In this document: piece after piece, positions 8,599-18,237 of the stretch
Layout of the letters: each line of letters begins with the position of its first letter
Numbering within the stretch: position 1 is the stretch's first letter
IMG/VR virus record: IMGVR_UViG_3300042549_007727
DNA from: a virus
Length of the DNA stretch: 64,000 nucleotides
Direction: 5' to 3' (one strand)
Translations under genes and position numbers: made by a program
Notes under the pieces: generated by a model
Databases searched by the model: none
What the model was told of the DNA's origin: nothing
What the model saw: the letters and a program-made list of their open reading frames with translations, nothing else

Positions 8599-11409
8599 GT
8601 GGCAGTAGTCGGCGAAGCGCATATACTCGTTAAAGCCATAACCACTGGCGTCCAGGGTGATATTCAAAGAGCGTTTAGGGGTTTATCGGGCGAAAGCGGC
8701 TCTGCTAGAAAAAGCGGAGAAAGCTTAGGAGCCGCTTTTTCTCGAGGATTTAACAATAACTCAAACACTAATGTATTTTCTAAACTTGCCAATGCCATAG
8801 GAACTATGGCTCCAAACGCTGATGCGGCAGCTGCAAGTTTTGCTAAGCTTTCCAGAACTGGTATTACTGCCGGAACTTCCGTTTCAGTTCTTATCGGCTC
8901 TATTGGAGCATTAATTGGCAGCTTAGGATCTTTGGGCAGTGCTGCAATAATTGGTGCTGGATCGCTATTTTCACTAGTCGGGGCATTTGTAAGCCTCAGG
9001 ATAGGTGCGTCAGCAGCCAGCTTTGCTCTAGGCGGTATTGGCGCGGCATTTGGCCGAGCCACTAGCGCGCAAGGCGGACTAGGAAAATCCCTAGCCGAAA
9101 TAAATAAACAGTTTAGAGAGCTACAGCGAAACGCTGAATCCGCTGCTATGAGCGAGAAGCGCGCTGGTCTTGAACTAGAAAAGGCGCGCAATAATTTACT
9201 AAGAGTGCAGGACTTGCCGCCTAATAACATGGCGCGCCGCGAGGCAAAGCAAGCTTATGACGAAGCAGAGCTAAATTACCGTCAAGCCAAAGATCGTAGC
9301 AAAGACTTAAACGAAGAGCTACTAAAAGGTAAAGAAGGCATTGCTGCTGCTGGAGCAGTAGATCCGTACGCTGGCCTGACAAAGAGTCAGAGAGAGTTTG
9401 CAAAGTATTTAGTAACCTTAAAGCCAAAACTTGATGAGCTAAAAGAAGCAGTTGCTAAAGGATTCTTACCCTTACTGAGGACCCAGCTTGAAAGAATAAT
9501 GAATGGGCCGCTATTTCCTGTAATTAAAACAGGATTAGAAGGCATAGGAACCTCCTTAGGAATTGCTGCACAGAACTTTACTGACTTTTTAGTTAGCGCT
9601 GATAGCGTACGAAAAATAGAAATACTTTTTGCAAACGCTAAGCCAGTAATTGAAAAATTTGGAACTATTTTAGGAAAAGTTTTTGATGGCTTCCTAGGTA
9701 TGCTCGAGTATGCTCAGCCTCTAGTTATAAACTTTATGGACTATCTGGATGGGGTAGCAGGCGATTTCCAAAAGTTCTTTAACCCAGACACTGAAGCAGG
9801 TAAGAAAGGCTTAACTGACTTTTTTGCAGAGATAGAGCGCGTAGCTACTCAGTTTGAAGCAATATTTGGAAACATTTTCACTGGAATAGGTGAAATAATT
9901 AAAGCCAACACCGGCCCAGGTAGCGGTGCAGATATCCTTATGGAGGGTCTAAAGAGTGCTACAGCTGGCTTCGCGGCTCTTGATGGTTCAGCTACAGGCA
10001 AGGGAAGCTTACGTCAATACTTCATAGATGTAGCAAATAACGTTAAGCCCCTAATGGGCCTACTTGGAGATATGGCTGTTGGCCTACTGCAGATGGGTGC
10101 AAATCCAGCATTAGGTGAGACCTTCACAAAGCTACGCGAAGCTGGCCCTGAGCTTTCCGAGATGATGGGCAAACTGATAGAGGCTGGGCCAAACCTAGCT
10201 GATCTATTTACAAACGTATTAAAAATAGTAAATGCATTTACTGACTCTGAAGCATCTAAAATATTCTTTGACACTATAAACATAGCTGCAAAGACTTTAG
10301 CTGATGTTCTACAAAATGAAGCAGTAAAAGGTTTCTTAGATGTTATAGGAAGAATCTTTGCTTTTACATTGGCACTGGGATTCTTAAAAAATACTTTTTC
10401 TTTCTTTGGCAATGTTGTTCTAGGTAACTTAAAGAACATATCCGGAGGAATAGGAGCTGCGTTTGCTTTCTTTAAGCCTGGTGGCGGGTTTGATGGTGTC
10501 CGTCTAACTATCATGTATTTCTTTGATGGAGTTAAAGTAGTTTTTGGCAAGGTAATGACCTTCTTTATTGGTCTTGGACCAAAACTACTGAGCTTTGGTA
10601 CCAGCATTATGGGATTCTTTGCAAAAATCGGTGGTGCCATAATGGGTGTTGCAAGCAAGATTGCACTGGGAATTAGAACCCTGTTTATGGCTAACCCAAT
10701 AGGATTTATTATCGGCATAATTGCTGCAATTACAGCGGCGTTAATCTGGTTCTTCACTCAGACCGAAGTCGGCAAGAAAATGTGGCAAGACTTCACTAAA
10801 GTCGTAGGAGACCTGTTAACTGGAATTGGTGACTGGTTTAAAAAACTAGGTGATGATATTGCTATTGTGTGGAATGTTGTTGTTAAAGGCCTTTCAGATG
10901 GCTGGAACGGATTTGTTAAAGGTTTTAAGACATTACTAGACGGCGTGGGTGCAGCCTTTGAAAAAGTTTGGGAGGGCGCTAAAACTATATTTAAAAACGT
11001 AGTAAACTTCTTGATTGGCCTATTTGAAGGATTTGTGAATGGCGCTATTAACGGTATCAATGCACTAATTAGAGGCCTTAACTTTATTGGAAAATATGGC
11101 CCAATAAAATTCGAAATAGGTACTATACCTCTCTTAAAAATACCTCGACTAGCTCAGGGTGGAGTAGTTATGCCTAGCACTGGAGGGTCCTTAGTAAATG
11201 TTGCTGAAGCTGGACGGGCCGAAAGAATCGAGCCATTAGATGAAAACGGCCTATCTAAGAGAGACAAGGCTTTAATTTCCGCGCTGTCTGGTGGATCTGG
11301 AGGCGGTCCTACAATAAACGTCTACCCATCCGCAGGTATGGACGAGAGAGAGCTTGCCAGCATGGTCTCTAGAAGAATAGCTTTTGAAATTCGTAAAGGT
11401 GCGTTTTAA
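8599..11409 (+). CDS. tape measure protein
   Basis: 936 aa, Ala/Gly-rich helical protein with a coiled coil, W/F-periodic repeats and C-terminal IPRLAQGG...VAEAGRAERIEPL. GTG start behind GAGGT. Confidence 0.9.
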   Translation: MAVVGEAHILVKAITTGVQGDIQRAFRGLSGESGSARKSGESLGAAFSRGFNNNSNTNVFSKLANAIGTMAPNADAAAASFAKLSRTGITAGTSVSVLIGSIGALIGSLGSLGSAAIIGAGSLFSLVGAFVSLRIGASAASFALGGIGAAFGRATSAQGGLGKSLAEINKQFRELQRNAESAAMSEKRAGLELEKARNNLLRVQDLPPNNMARREAKQAYDEAELNYRQAKDRSKDLNEELLKGKEGIAAAGAVDPYAGLTKSQREFAKYLVTLKPKLDELKEAVAKGFLPLLRTQLERIMNGPLFPVIKTGLEGIGTSLGIAAQNFTDFLVSADSVRKIEILFANAKPVIEKFGTILGKVFDGFLGMLEYAQPLVINFMDYLDGVAGDFQKFFNPDTEAGKKGLTDFFAEIERVATQFEAIFGNIFTGIGEIIKANTGPGSGADILMEGLKSATAGFAALDGSATGKGSLRQYFIDVANNVKPLMGLLGDMAVGLLQMGANPALGETFTKLREAGPELSEMMGKLIEAGPNLADLFTNVLKIVNAFTDSEASKIFFDTINIAAKTLADVLQNEAVKGFLDVIGRIFAFTLALGFLKNTFSFFGNVVLGNLKNISGGIGAAFAFFKPGGGFDGVRLTIMYFFDGVKVVFGKVMTFFIGLGPKLLSFGTSIMGFFAKIGGAIMGVASKIALGIRTLFMANPIGFIIGIIAAITAALIWFFTQTEVGKKMWQDFTKVVGDLLTGIGDWFKKLGDDIAIVWNVVVKGLSDGWNGFVKGFKTLLDGVGAAFEKVWEGAKTIFKNVVNFLIGLFEGFVNGAINGINALIRGLNFIGKYGPIKFEIGTIPLLKIPRLAQGGVVMPSTGGSLVNVAEAGRAERIEPLDENGLSKRDKALISALSGGSGGGPTINVYPSAGMDERELASMVSRRIAFEIRKGAF

Positions 11410-12677
11410 TGTCAATCCCATACCCTACCAGTCCGATTTTACATCAAGCATACACATATGAAGGAGAAGATACCTACGTATGGAGCGGTACCGTTTGGGA
11501 GCTTGTATTAACCTTTCCAGCTACCCCAAGCCCTCGGGAAGCGTATAAGTACGATGAAAATCAAAAAATATACGTATGGACTTCTGGCGCAGAATCTACA
11601 GACTGGGAACCGACCTGGGAGTTAGTGTCGACCTTCCCTGCTGCTCCGGAGCTAGATGAGGTCTACACATACGAAGGATATTCTTATGTTTGGGGTGGGA
11701 CATCCTGGGCTCTCCAAGGTTACTATGAGCCAGTCACAGAAATCTCTAGTAGATCTCAGGATGATGAAAATAGACTAGTAAATAAGGCGCTAACTAAGTA
11801 TCCTGTTCCACACTTGTCTGGACTAAAACTAAAAGCTGATATAAGACTTGAAAATCTAGTTTTAAATACAATAGATGAAGACGGTGTAGTTTGGATTTGT
11901 ACAGACATTGACGGATGGTGGGGCTTTCCGGAGCCGCAGCTGCCAGATCTTGTCCGTGGTTGGGGCGACGGATCTTACGATGCTAAGGGACGTTGGAATT
12001 CAAGAATAATAACACTTAACGGAACTTTTTTAACTCAGGACCCGAGTCAGGTTCCTGCCGCTAGAGCAAAACTTATAGAAGCAGCTAACTTGGTATACAA
12101 AGGCGGATTGCTAGTAGTTAATGAAGATCCAGCTAAGAGTGCTTTTGTAAGACTTAGCGGATCCCCAAATATTAAAACAGTAACTGCTAGAGGTAGGACC
12201 GAGTTTTCCATAGGTCTTAGAGCCGCGGACCCAATAAAATATGAATATGTTGAAGTCAGCATAAACGGCGACGGCTACAACACGCAGGTGCTTACTCCAT
12301 CATCTGGAACTGCTAGTGCTACTCTTACTAACCTTGGAAACATAGAGGTTCCAATTCTTATCGAGCTGTCCCAAGGATTCACGGTCTCAAACCCATCTCT
12401 CCCACCTAAGATAAGAAACAATAAAACTGATCAGGAAATGTCAATTATTGGTAGTACAGTCTCCACTAATAGGCTGGAAATTGACACCTACAACAGAGAA
12501 GTATTAGATGTTAGATACGACTCCGGTGAGGTAGTAGAAGTAGCAAGTGGTAGGTCTAAAGTTTCTACCCTTAGTGACTGGATATACCTAGAACCTGGAG
12601 AAAACACAATAATCATTTCTAGATTCCCGACGGGCAGTTCCTGTACAATCTACTACCGTTCAGGCTGGATAGGTTAG
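11409..12677 (+). CDS. distal tail (Dit-like) protein with three N-terminal FP..P..Y.W..W repeats
   Basis: Immediately after the TMP (TAATG overlap). DGWWG...RGWGDG...RIITLNG...LRAADPIKY...LEPGENTI...YRSGW is Dit-like. Confidence 0.75.
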   Translation: MSIPYPTSPILHQAYTYEGEDTYVWSGTVWELVLTFPATPSPREAYKYDENQKIYVWTSGAESTDWEPTWELVSTFPAAPELDEVYTYEGYSYVWGGTSWALQGYYEPVTEISSRSQDDENRLVNKALTKYPVPHLSGLKLKADIRLENLVLNTIDEDGVVWICTDIDGWWGFPEPQLPDLVRGWGDGSYDAKGRWNSRIITLNGTFLTQDPSQVPAARAKLIEAANLVYKGGLLVVNEDPAKSAFVRLSGSPNIKTVTARGRTEFSIGLRAADPIKYEYVEVSINGDGYNTQVLTPSSGTASATLTNLGNIEVPILIELSQGFTVSNPSLPPKIRNNKTDQEMSIIGSTVSTNRLEIDTYNREVLDVRYDSGEVVEVASGRSKVSTLSDWIYLEPGENTIIISRFPTGSSCTIYYRSGWIG

Positions 12678-12702
12678 TACTAAACTAACGAAAGACGCAT
12701 AA

Positions 12703-14790
12703 ATGACAACAGTATTTCAAGACAGAGAATTAGCAGTTGACTACAGGTATTTTGTAGTTGATCTAATGAGCAATGAGCTGCTTGCGGAGATACCATTTAC
12801 TGATGTATCTTATAGCCGATCGCTGAGAGAAGCGGGAACATTTAGCGGGTCAATTGCAGTAACAGAGGCAACTGCAAACTTAAGCTTATACGAAAACACC
12901 CTACCGGGTAAAACCGCGCTATATGTAGTAAGAAATAATATCTGTGTTTGGGGCGGAATAATTTGGACTAGATCTTATGACATAGTGGGAAAAAGTTTAA
13001 GTGTTGATGCCTCCGAATTTAGTAGCTATTTCTATAAAAGAGTTATGTGGAAGACTTGGGTAAATGCTTACCAAGCTAGCATTGTAGTTTCAGGCTCTAT
13101 AGTGAACGTTACTTTAGATTTTGCTGAGGCTAGTAGCATTGCTGTTGGTCGCCCTGTGTATATTGACTGGAGCGAGGATCACTCTGCTTATAGCGGGTAC
13201 TACACTCCACTCTCTTCCCCAGCGCCCGGTCTAACTGAAGACGGTAGAACAACTTTTAGCGTGGCAAATGGCTATGTAGCGGCAAATGGTGACGCAAAAA
13301 CTATACCTAACATGAGCCTAAAAGGCATAATAACAGTAGAAGTAAATCAAGACACATATGACTATGCTAGACAGCTATTTATTGAGCTTGAGACAGATCT
13401 TTTTGATTTTGACTTTCCTAATGATGCTATTAGACCAGGAATAGATGTTTTTAATACTATAGACACATATTCTCGGTCAGGAAATGTTGCTTTTATAACA
13501 CTAAATCAACCGCATCAGCTAATTCCTGGCCAAAGAATATCGGTTACGGATGCTGACAATGGTTTTGATGACCTAGAAGCCACCGTGTTGACTGCCCCGA
13601 CCCCGTTAACACTGTCTTATACAAATACTGGACCAAACGTATCGACGACCAGTGCTGTAGACACTGGTGGCCTTATAGATTTCTGGCAAAGAAATCAGGG
13701 TATAGTTACGGTAACTACTTTTAACCCGCACGGCTTTAAAAAAGACGATATTGTATACATAGATAACCTAAACGCTTCTGTAAACGGCTATCATAGGGTA
13801 CTTGTAGGTGATGTAGAAGATTCAGGCACATATTTTCAGATAGCTAGTGCTGGAAGTGATCTTGGTATTAGTTTTGCCGGTAACAGCGGGGCTACAGCTA
13901 TCGTGTCGCCCGCAGTTAACTACTCTACATGGGGCGAGTTCACTCGAAATGGTGATCTTGACATGGGGTACTCTAGCGAGTTGCCTAGCCAAAAACTACA
14001 AAAAGCTGATCCCGTTAGAGGTTTTGAATTAAAATCGGTAGGAGAAATTTTAGAAGAGTACTCTAATGTTGCTAATGGTTTTGAGTACAGAATTGATTGT
14101 TTCTATGACTCCACTACCAACTCTTTTAAAAGAACTTTTGTGTTTTTACCGCTATTTCCAAACAGCCTAAAAGAGTACATAGATTCTTTGCCTGGAGGGG
14201 TCCTACCACCGGGAGAGTTTGCTCCAGTTTCTGCCTATGAAGCAGATAAGTATGTTTTTGAGTATCCAGGAAATATACTAAACGCAACCCTAGAAGAGAA
14301 TGCTCAAGAAGCGGCAACCAGATTTTGGGTTCAGGGGAGCGACTCCACGCTAAGTTCCGATGCAAGTCAGCCATACTCTGGTGCTGCCGATGTAGACCTG
14401 TTAAGTAGGGGTTGGCCCCTACTTGAAGAAGTAGAAAAAGTCGACAACGTAGCAGAAGAAAGCACTTTGCATGAGCGCGCTAAACGGTTTTTAGCCGAGT
14501 CTAAGCCCCCTATTAGCAACTTCACCATATCGGTAAACGGGTCCTTGACTCCTATTGTTGCAAGCTATAAACCAGGTGATTGGTGTTCGGTTATAATTAA
14601 TGATGACTTTGTGAAATTGCGCCTAACAAGTTACATAGAGTTAAATGACGGAACTGGACGAGAAGTACTTTTGAGAAAAATTGACGCATATAGTGTAACT
14701 GTGCCAGACAATCCTGCATTTCCGGAAAAAGTAGACCTTCAACTAGTTACAGAAGCAGAGGTGGACAAAATTGGCAATCCGACGTCGTAG
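12703..14790 (+). CDS. minor tail (baseplate hub/Tal-like) protein with inserted beta modules
   Basis: YRYFVVDL...LAEIPF..VSYSRSL..AGTFSG...VVRNNICVWGGIIW...FEYPGNI...GWPLLE, as in siphovirus Gp37-like minor tail proteins. Confidence 0.7.
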   Translation: MTTVFQDRELAVDYRYFVVDLMSNELLAEIPFTDVSYSRSLREAGTFSGSIAVTEATANLSLYENTLPGKTALYVVRNNICVWGGIIWTRSYDIVGKSLSVDASEFSSYFYKRVMWKTWVNAYQASIVVSGSIVNVTLDFAEASSIAVGRPVYIDWSEDHSAYSGYYTPLSSPAPGLTEDGRTTFSVANGYVAANGDAKTIPNMSLKGIITVEVNQDTYDYARQLFIELETDLFDFDFPNDAIRPGIDVFNTIDTYSRSGNVAFITLNQPHQLIPGQRISVTDADNGFDDLEATVLTAPTPLTLSYTNTGPNVSTTSAVDTGGLIDFWQRNQGIVTVTTFNPHGFKKDDIVYIDNLNASVNGYHRVLVGDVEDSGTYFQIASAGSDLGISFAGNSGATAIVSPAVNYSTWGEFTRNGDLDMGYSSELPSQKLQKADPVRGFELKSVGEILEEYSNVANGFEYRIDCFYDSTTNSFKRTFVFLPLFPNSLKEYIDSLPGGVLPPGEFAPVSAYEADKYVFEYPGNILNATLEENAQEAATRFWVQGSDSTLSSDASQPYSGAADVDLLSRGWPLLEEVEKVDNVAEESTLHERAKRFLAESKPPISNFTISVNGSLTPIVASYKPGDWCSVIINDDFVKLRLTSYIELNDGTGREVLLRKIDAYSVTVPDNPAFPEKVDLQLVTEAEVDKIGNPTS

Positions 14791-17734
14791 AAAGACACTA
14801 ACTAACTTTCTGAGCAGTATGGAACGCCGTGTGAACACGGTCGAACTTAGGCCTATAAGCCTACTAACCAGCGGTCAAGTTGCAGCAATCGTAGCCGGTG
14901 CGGGGAGTCTTGACACGGGTCCCGACACTATTGTGTCTGTTAATGCTCCAAACCAATATAAAAGAATTATCGAGGGCTACTACTACAGTAATCTTTTGAC
15001 GGGCGCAGAGCCCAGAGTAGAGCTATATTTTAGCGCTGATACTGGTCTAGATACAGACAAAACTATTAGAGTCGAAGGCATTCACCAGTTAGACGACAAC
15101 GGCACCCCCGTAGAGTTTAGAGTTTCTAGTGACTATAAGACTCTTTCAGTTGATACTCCACCCTGGGAAGAGCGCGACTCATTTAACGGTACTCGTCACA
15201 CTCCTGGAAGCGATGTCACAAATACTGCTCTATTCAATGTAGATATTGGAAACGAGTACTCCTCTAGAAAAAGTCTAATAGTTAGTAGAGAAATAGCTTT
15301 CTCAGAGGCGACAACCACTACTGCAAAACTAACTTTTACTAGTACAAACTACTTTCAGGCAGGAGACGTAGTCTATGTTGACGTTCCTTCCACTAGTCAA
15401 TATTACGAAATAGACGGTCTTTTTATAGTAAAAGAAGCAGGGTCTAACTTCATAACTTATGACTTTTCTACTCCACTAGCCGAACCAATCAACTATGCAG
15501 GAGTTGCTGGAAATAGATCTGTCTATGCTGTAGCCAGATCAGCGACTAGAGACGGTGCTACTTGGATTAATACAAGCACTGACCCCGACACTATCTATGC
15601 CTGGAAGGGTATTAGGTGGATAACCTACAGTACCGGAGATGTAACCAAGGATGAGATCGCGCCAGGCCCAGTAACTAATCTGGAGGCCACAAGCGCGAAC
15701 GAGACGCCAGATGGTAATGCTATTGGCTTAAGCAGGGTTACTCTAACTTGGACGGCTCCGGAAAATAGTGCAGACGATACTCCTATAGATGATTTGATTG
15801 GCTATACCATTTGGTGGAGACAGTATGCTACTCAGGAATGGCAAAAAGCAGACATAACTGGTGCTGATACGACATTCAGCGTAGGCGGTTTCGAGCAGGG
15901 TTCTGCAGCATACTTTAGGGTTTTTGCTAGGGACGCTAGCGGTAACCGATCTATCGGAGTGGACATAACCCACACCACTGGAAGAAGCAATCCGGTAATA
16001 GGTAGACCCGGGCCTCCGGTAGTTGAGAGCTATTTAGGAACAATCAAAGTTTCTTACGATGACCTGACTGCATTAGGTAACGTTCAGTCAGGTACCGCTA
16101 AAGAAGTACAAGTTTATATGTCAACCGTAGACGACTTTGATATTGAATCGCCCGGTGCTTATTATGGAAAATTTGCTGCAGGCAATAAGAGTTTCATAAT
16201 TATCCCCGGCACGGAACTAGTTCATGATACGGACTACTATTTTAAAATCAATGTCCGCGATATTTATGGAAACGTAACGCAACCATCGGATCAGGTATCT
16301 GTTAAAGCGCAACTTGAAGACATTGTTACGTTCAATATGCTAGAGGTCGGAAGCCTAGACGGTCAGACCATTACTGGTCTACAAATCCAGACTAATGAGA
16401 ATCCTGGCGTTAACGGCGGAATTATTCTTACTAAGCAGCAACTGATTGCTTATGCTCCCCCGGGTGGCGTAGGCGGGTCAGCTTCTCAGACATTTAGAAT
16501 TGACGCTGCTACAGGAGCGGTATCCATTGGCGAGTATCTAGGTAAGCAGGAAGCTGCTGGCCTATACCTAGGACAATCAAATGCAGCAACGACTTACTCG
16601 ACCAAGGTAGAGGCACAGGCTATCGAGCTAAAGGCCACTAATGCTGCTACAAGCGCCGCCACCGCGGATGGTAAAGCTGTTGATGCCCTAACCAGGATTG
16701 AAGCCGGAGAAATAACAATAACCAAAGCAGGAGCTGTTGGTGCTTTAAACGAAGGCGTAGACCCAGGTAACACTACTACTATAAACGGCGGTCTTATCAA
16801 GACCAACACTATTGATGCGCAAACGATTAAAGCTGGTACTCTTAGGTCTGGCGTTATATACGCAGGAGAGATTAATGCCGACAAGATCACTGCCGGATCT
16901 ATATCTGCAGACAGGCTAACTACTACTTCTTTAGACGCGACCAACCTCAAAGCCGGAACTATTAGTGCAGATAGAATTAAGACTGAGTCCTTATCTGCTG
17001 CCAAAATAAATGCTACCAACATTACCACTGGAAGTATGTCTGGTGACAGAATTTCTGCAGGTACTATTACTGGTACTACGGTGCAAACGTCTTCTGGCGC
17101 TAAAAGAGTTGTTTTAAATAACTCTGCAAATGCTATACAATTTTACTATAATAATACTTTTGCAGGACAAATAGATGGTCAAAGTAGCGCTGGTGCAAAC
17201 CTTGAAATATCTGGACCTGGCACGGCTGGACTTACTGTTGGACTAGTTGCCACGACATTTAGCGGTGGTGTAGCAACTACTGGTAGCGCCAGTATAATCG
17301 CTGCGGGGCGCTGCGGTCAAGGAACTTTTAGTGCTCTAGGTGTGTCTGGTTCTGCCGTATTTAGAGCTCCTGGAGGAGCTAATGCATTTCAATTTGGTCC
17401 TTCAAGCTCTGACGTAAGACTTAAAAAAGATATTGTAGATCTAGAAAATAGCCTAGATTTAATTAATAATCTTCGTCCAGTTAAATTTAGATTTAAGGCC
17501 GAAGAAGACGGTCCAGTTAATTATGGGCTAATTGCTCAAGAAGTCCAGCCATTGTTTGATGACAACGATAACGTCGTAAACTCATATCCAGTTGGAGAAG
17601 ATGAGGAAGATAAAGAAGAGTATCTCAGTGTGGAGTACAACGCCTTTATTGCTCCACTAATTGGTGCAATACAAGAGCTCACCCAAAAAAATCTAGAATT
17701 AGAAGCTAGACTAGCTAATTTGGAAAATTCTTAA
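14771..17734 (+). CDS. central tail fibre/spike with FN3 domain and C-terminal intramolecular chaperone (peptidase S74-like)
   Basis: FN3 (APGPVTNL...LTWTAP...YFRVFA), repeated I.A..I.AG.I motifs, and SSDVRLKKDI...LRPVKF...GLIAQEV followed by a coiled coil. TTG start behind GAGGT. Confidence 0.8.
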   Translation: MAIRRRRKTLTNFLSSMERRVNTVELRPISLLTSGQVAAIVAGAGSLDTGPDTIVSVNAPNQYKRIIEGYYYSNLLTGAEPRVELYFSADTGLDTDKTIRVEGIHQLDDNGTPVEFRVSSDYKTLSVDTPPWEERDSFNGTRHTPGSDVTNTALFNVDIGNEYSSRKSLIVSREIAFSEATTTTAKLTFTSTNYFQAGDVVYVDVPSTSQYYEIDGLFIVKEAGSNFITYDFSTPLAEPINYAGVAGNRSVYAVARSATRDGATWINTSTDPDTIYAWKGIRWITYSTGDVTKDEIAPGPVTNLEATSANETPDGNAIGLSRVTLTWTAPENSADDTPIDDLIGYTIWWRQYATQEWQKADITGADTTFSVGGFEQGSAAYFRVFARDASGNRSIGVDITHTTGRSNPVIGRPGPPVVESYLGTIKVSYDDLTALGNVQSGTAKEVQVYMSTVDDFDIESPGAYYGKFAAGNKSFIIIPGTELVHDTDYYFKINVRDIYGNVTQPSDQVSVKAQLEDIVTFNMLEVGSLDGQTITGLQIQTNENPGVNGGIILTKQQLIAYAPPGGVGGSASQTFRIDAATGAVSIGEYLGKQEAAGLYLGQSNAATTYSTKVEAQAIELKATNAATSAATADGKAVDALTRIEAGEITITKAGAVGALNEGVDPGNTTTINGGLIKTNTIDAQTIKAGTLRSGVIYAGEINADKITAGSISADRLTTTSLDATNLKAGTISADRIKTESLSAAKINATNITTGSMSGDRISAGTITGTTVQTSSGAKRVVLNNSANAIQFYYNNTFAGQIDGQSSAGANLEISGPGTAGLTVGLVATTFSGGVATTGSASIIAAGRCGQGTFSALGVSGSAVFRAPGGANAFQFGPSSSDVRLKKDIVDLENSLDLINNLRPVKFRFKAEEDGPVNYGLIAQEVQPLFDDNDNVVNSYPVGEDEEDKEEYLSVEYNAFIAPLIGAIQELTQKNLELEARLANLENS

Positions 17735-17736
17735 TA

Positions 17737-18207
17737 ATGATATCTGTACAAGATGGCAATAGGACCCTACAATTTAATGGAAGGGTTCTTGCTAAATCCA
17801 CCTCTAAAAGACATGGCTCTGTTAGGTGGATTGAGTTTGAGCTTTATCAGACAGAAAGCGGGTCTTACATACTTTCCCGGGTGGGAGTTTCCATGGTTTT
17901 TCATGGAGCAGCTTGTTCACTAGTAAAACGATACAATCTACAAGAGGCTCCCACATCAGAACTACACATAAACGCTAGCCCCTGCGAAGAGTGTGACCCA
18001 GACGAAAGCATTGAATTAGTTTTTCCTGAAAAGTATCGCCACTGGGCTCAAGTAACCGATAAGCCAGAGGTGGTCCTAGAATCCCTATATAAATACGACG
18101 ATAATGGGACCAAATATTTGACCTCCGTTGCAGAGCGTTTACTGCAAGAAGCAGCCAAACTTGACTCTGATATAGCGAATGTGTATAATTACGAAATAAT
18201 CCCGTAA
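17737..18207 (+). CDS. hypothetical protein (His/Cys-containing)
   Basis: Tightly follows the tail spike; H...C...CEEC could bind metal. Confidence 0.6.
   Translation: MISVQDGNRTLQFNGRVLAKSTSKRHGSVRWIEFELYQTESGSYILSRVGVSMVFHGAACSLVKRYNLQEAPTSELHINASPCEECDPDESIELVFPEKYRHWAQVTDKPEVVLESLYKYDDNGTKYLTSVAERLLQEAAKLDSDIANVYNYEIIP
18161..18189 (+). promoter_or_regulatory. sigma70/SigA-type promoter for DNA polymerase operon
   Basis: TTGACT-17 nt-TATAAT, inside the 3' end of the upstream CDS. Confidence 0.7.
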
Positions 18208-18237
18208 GGGGCAGCTACACCTAACGAAACGACAAAA

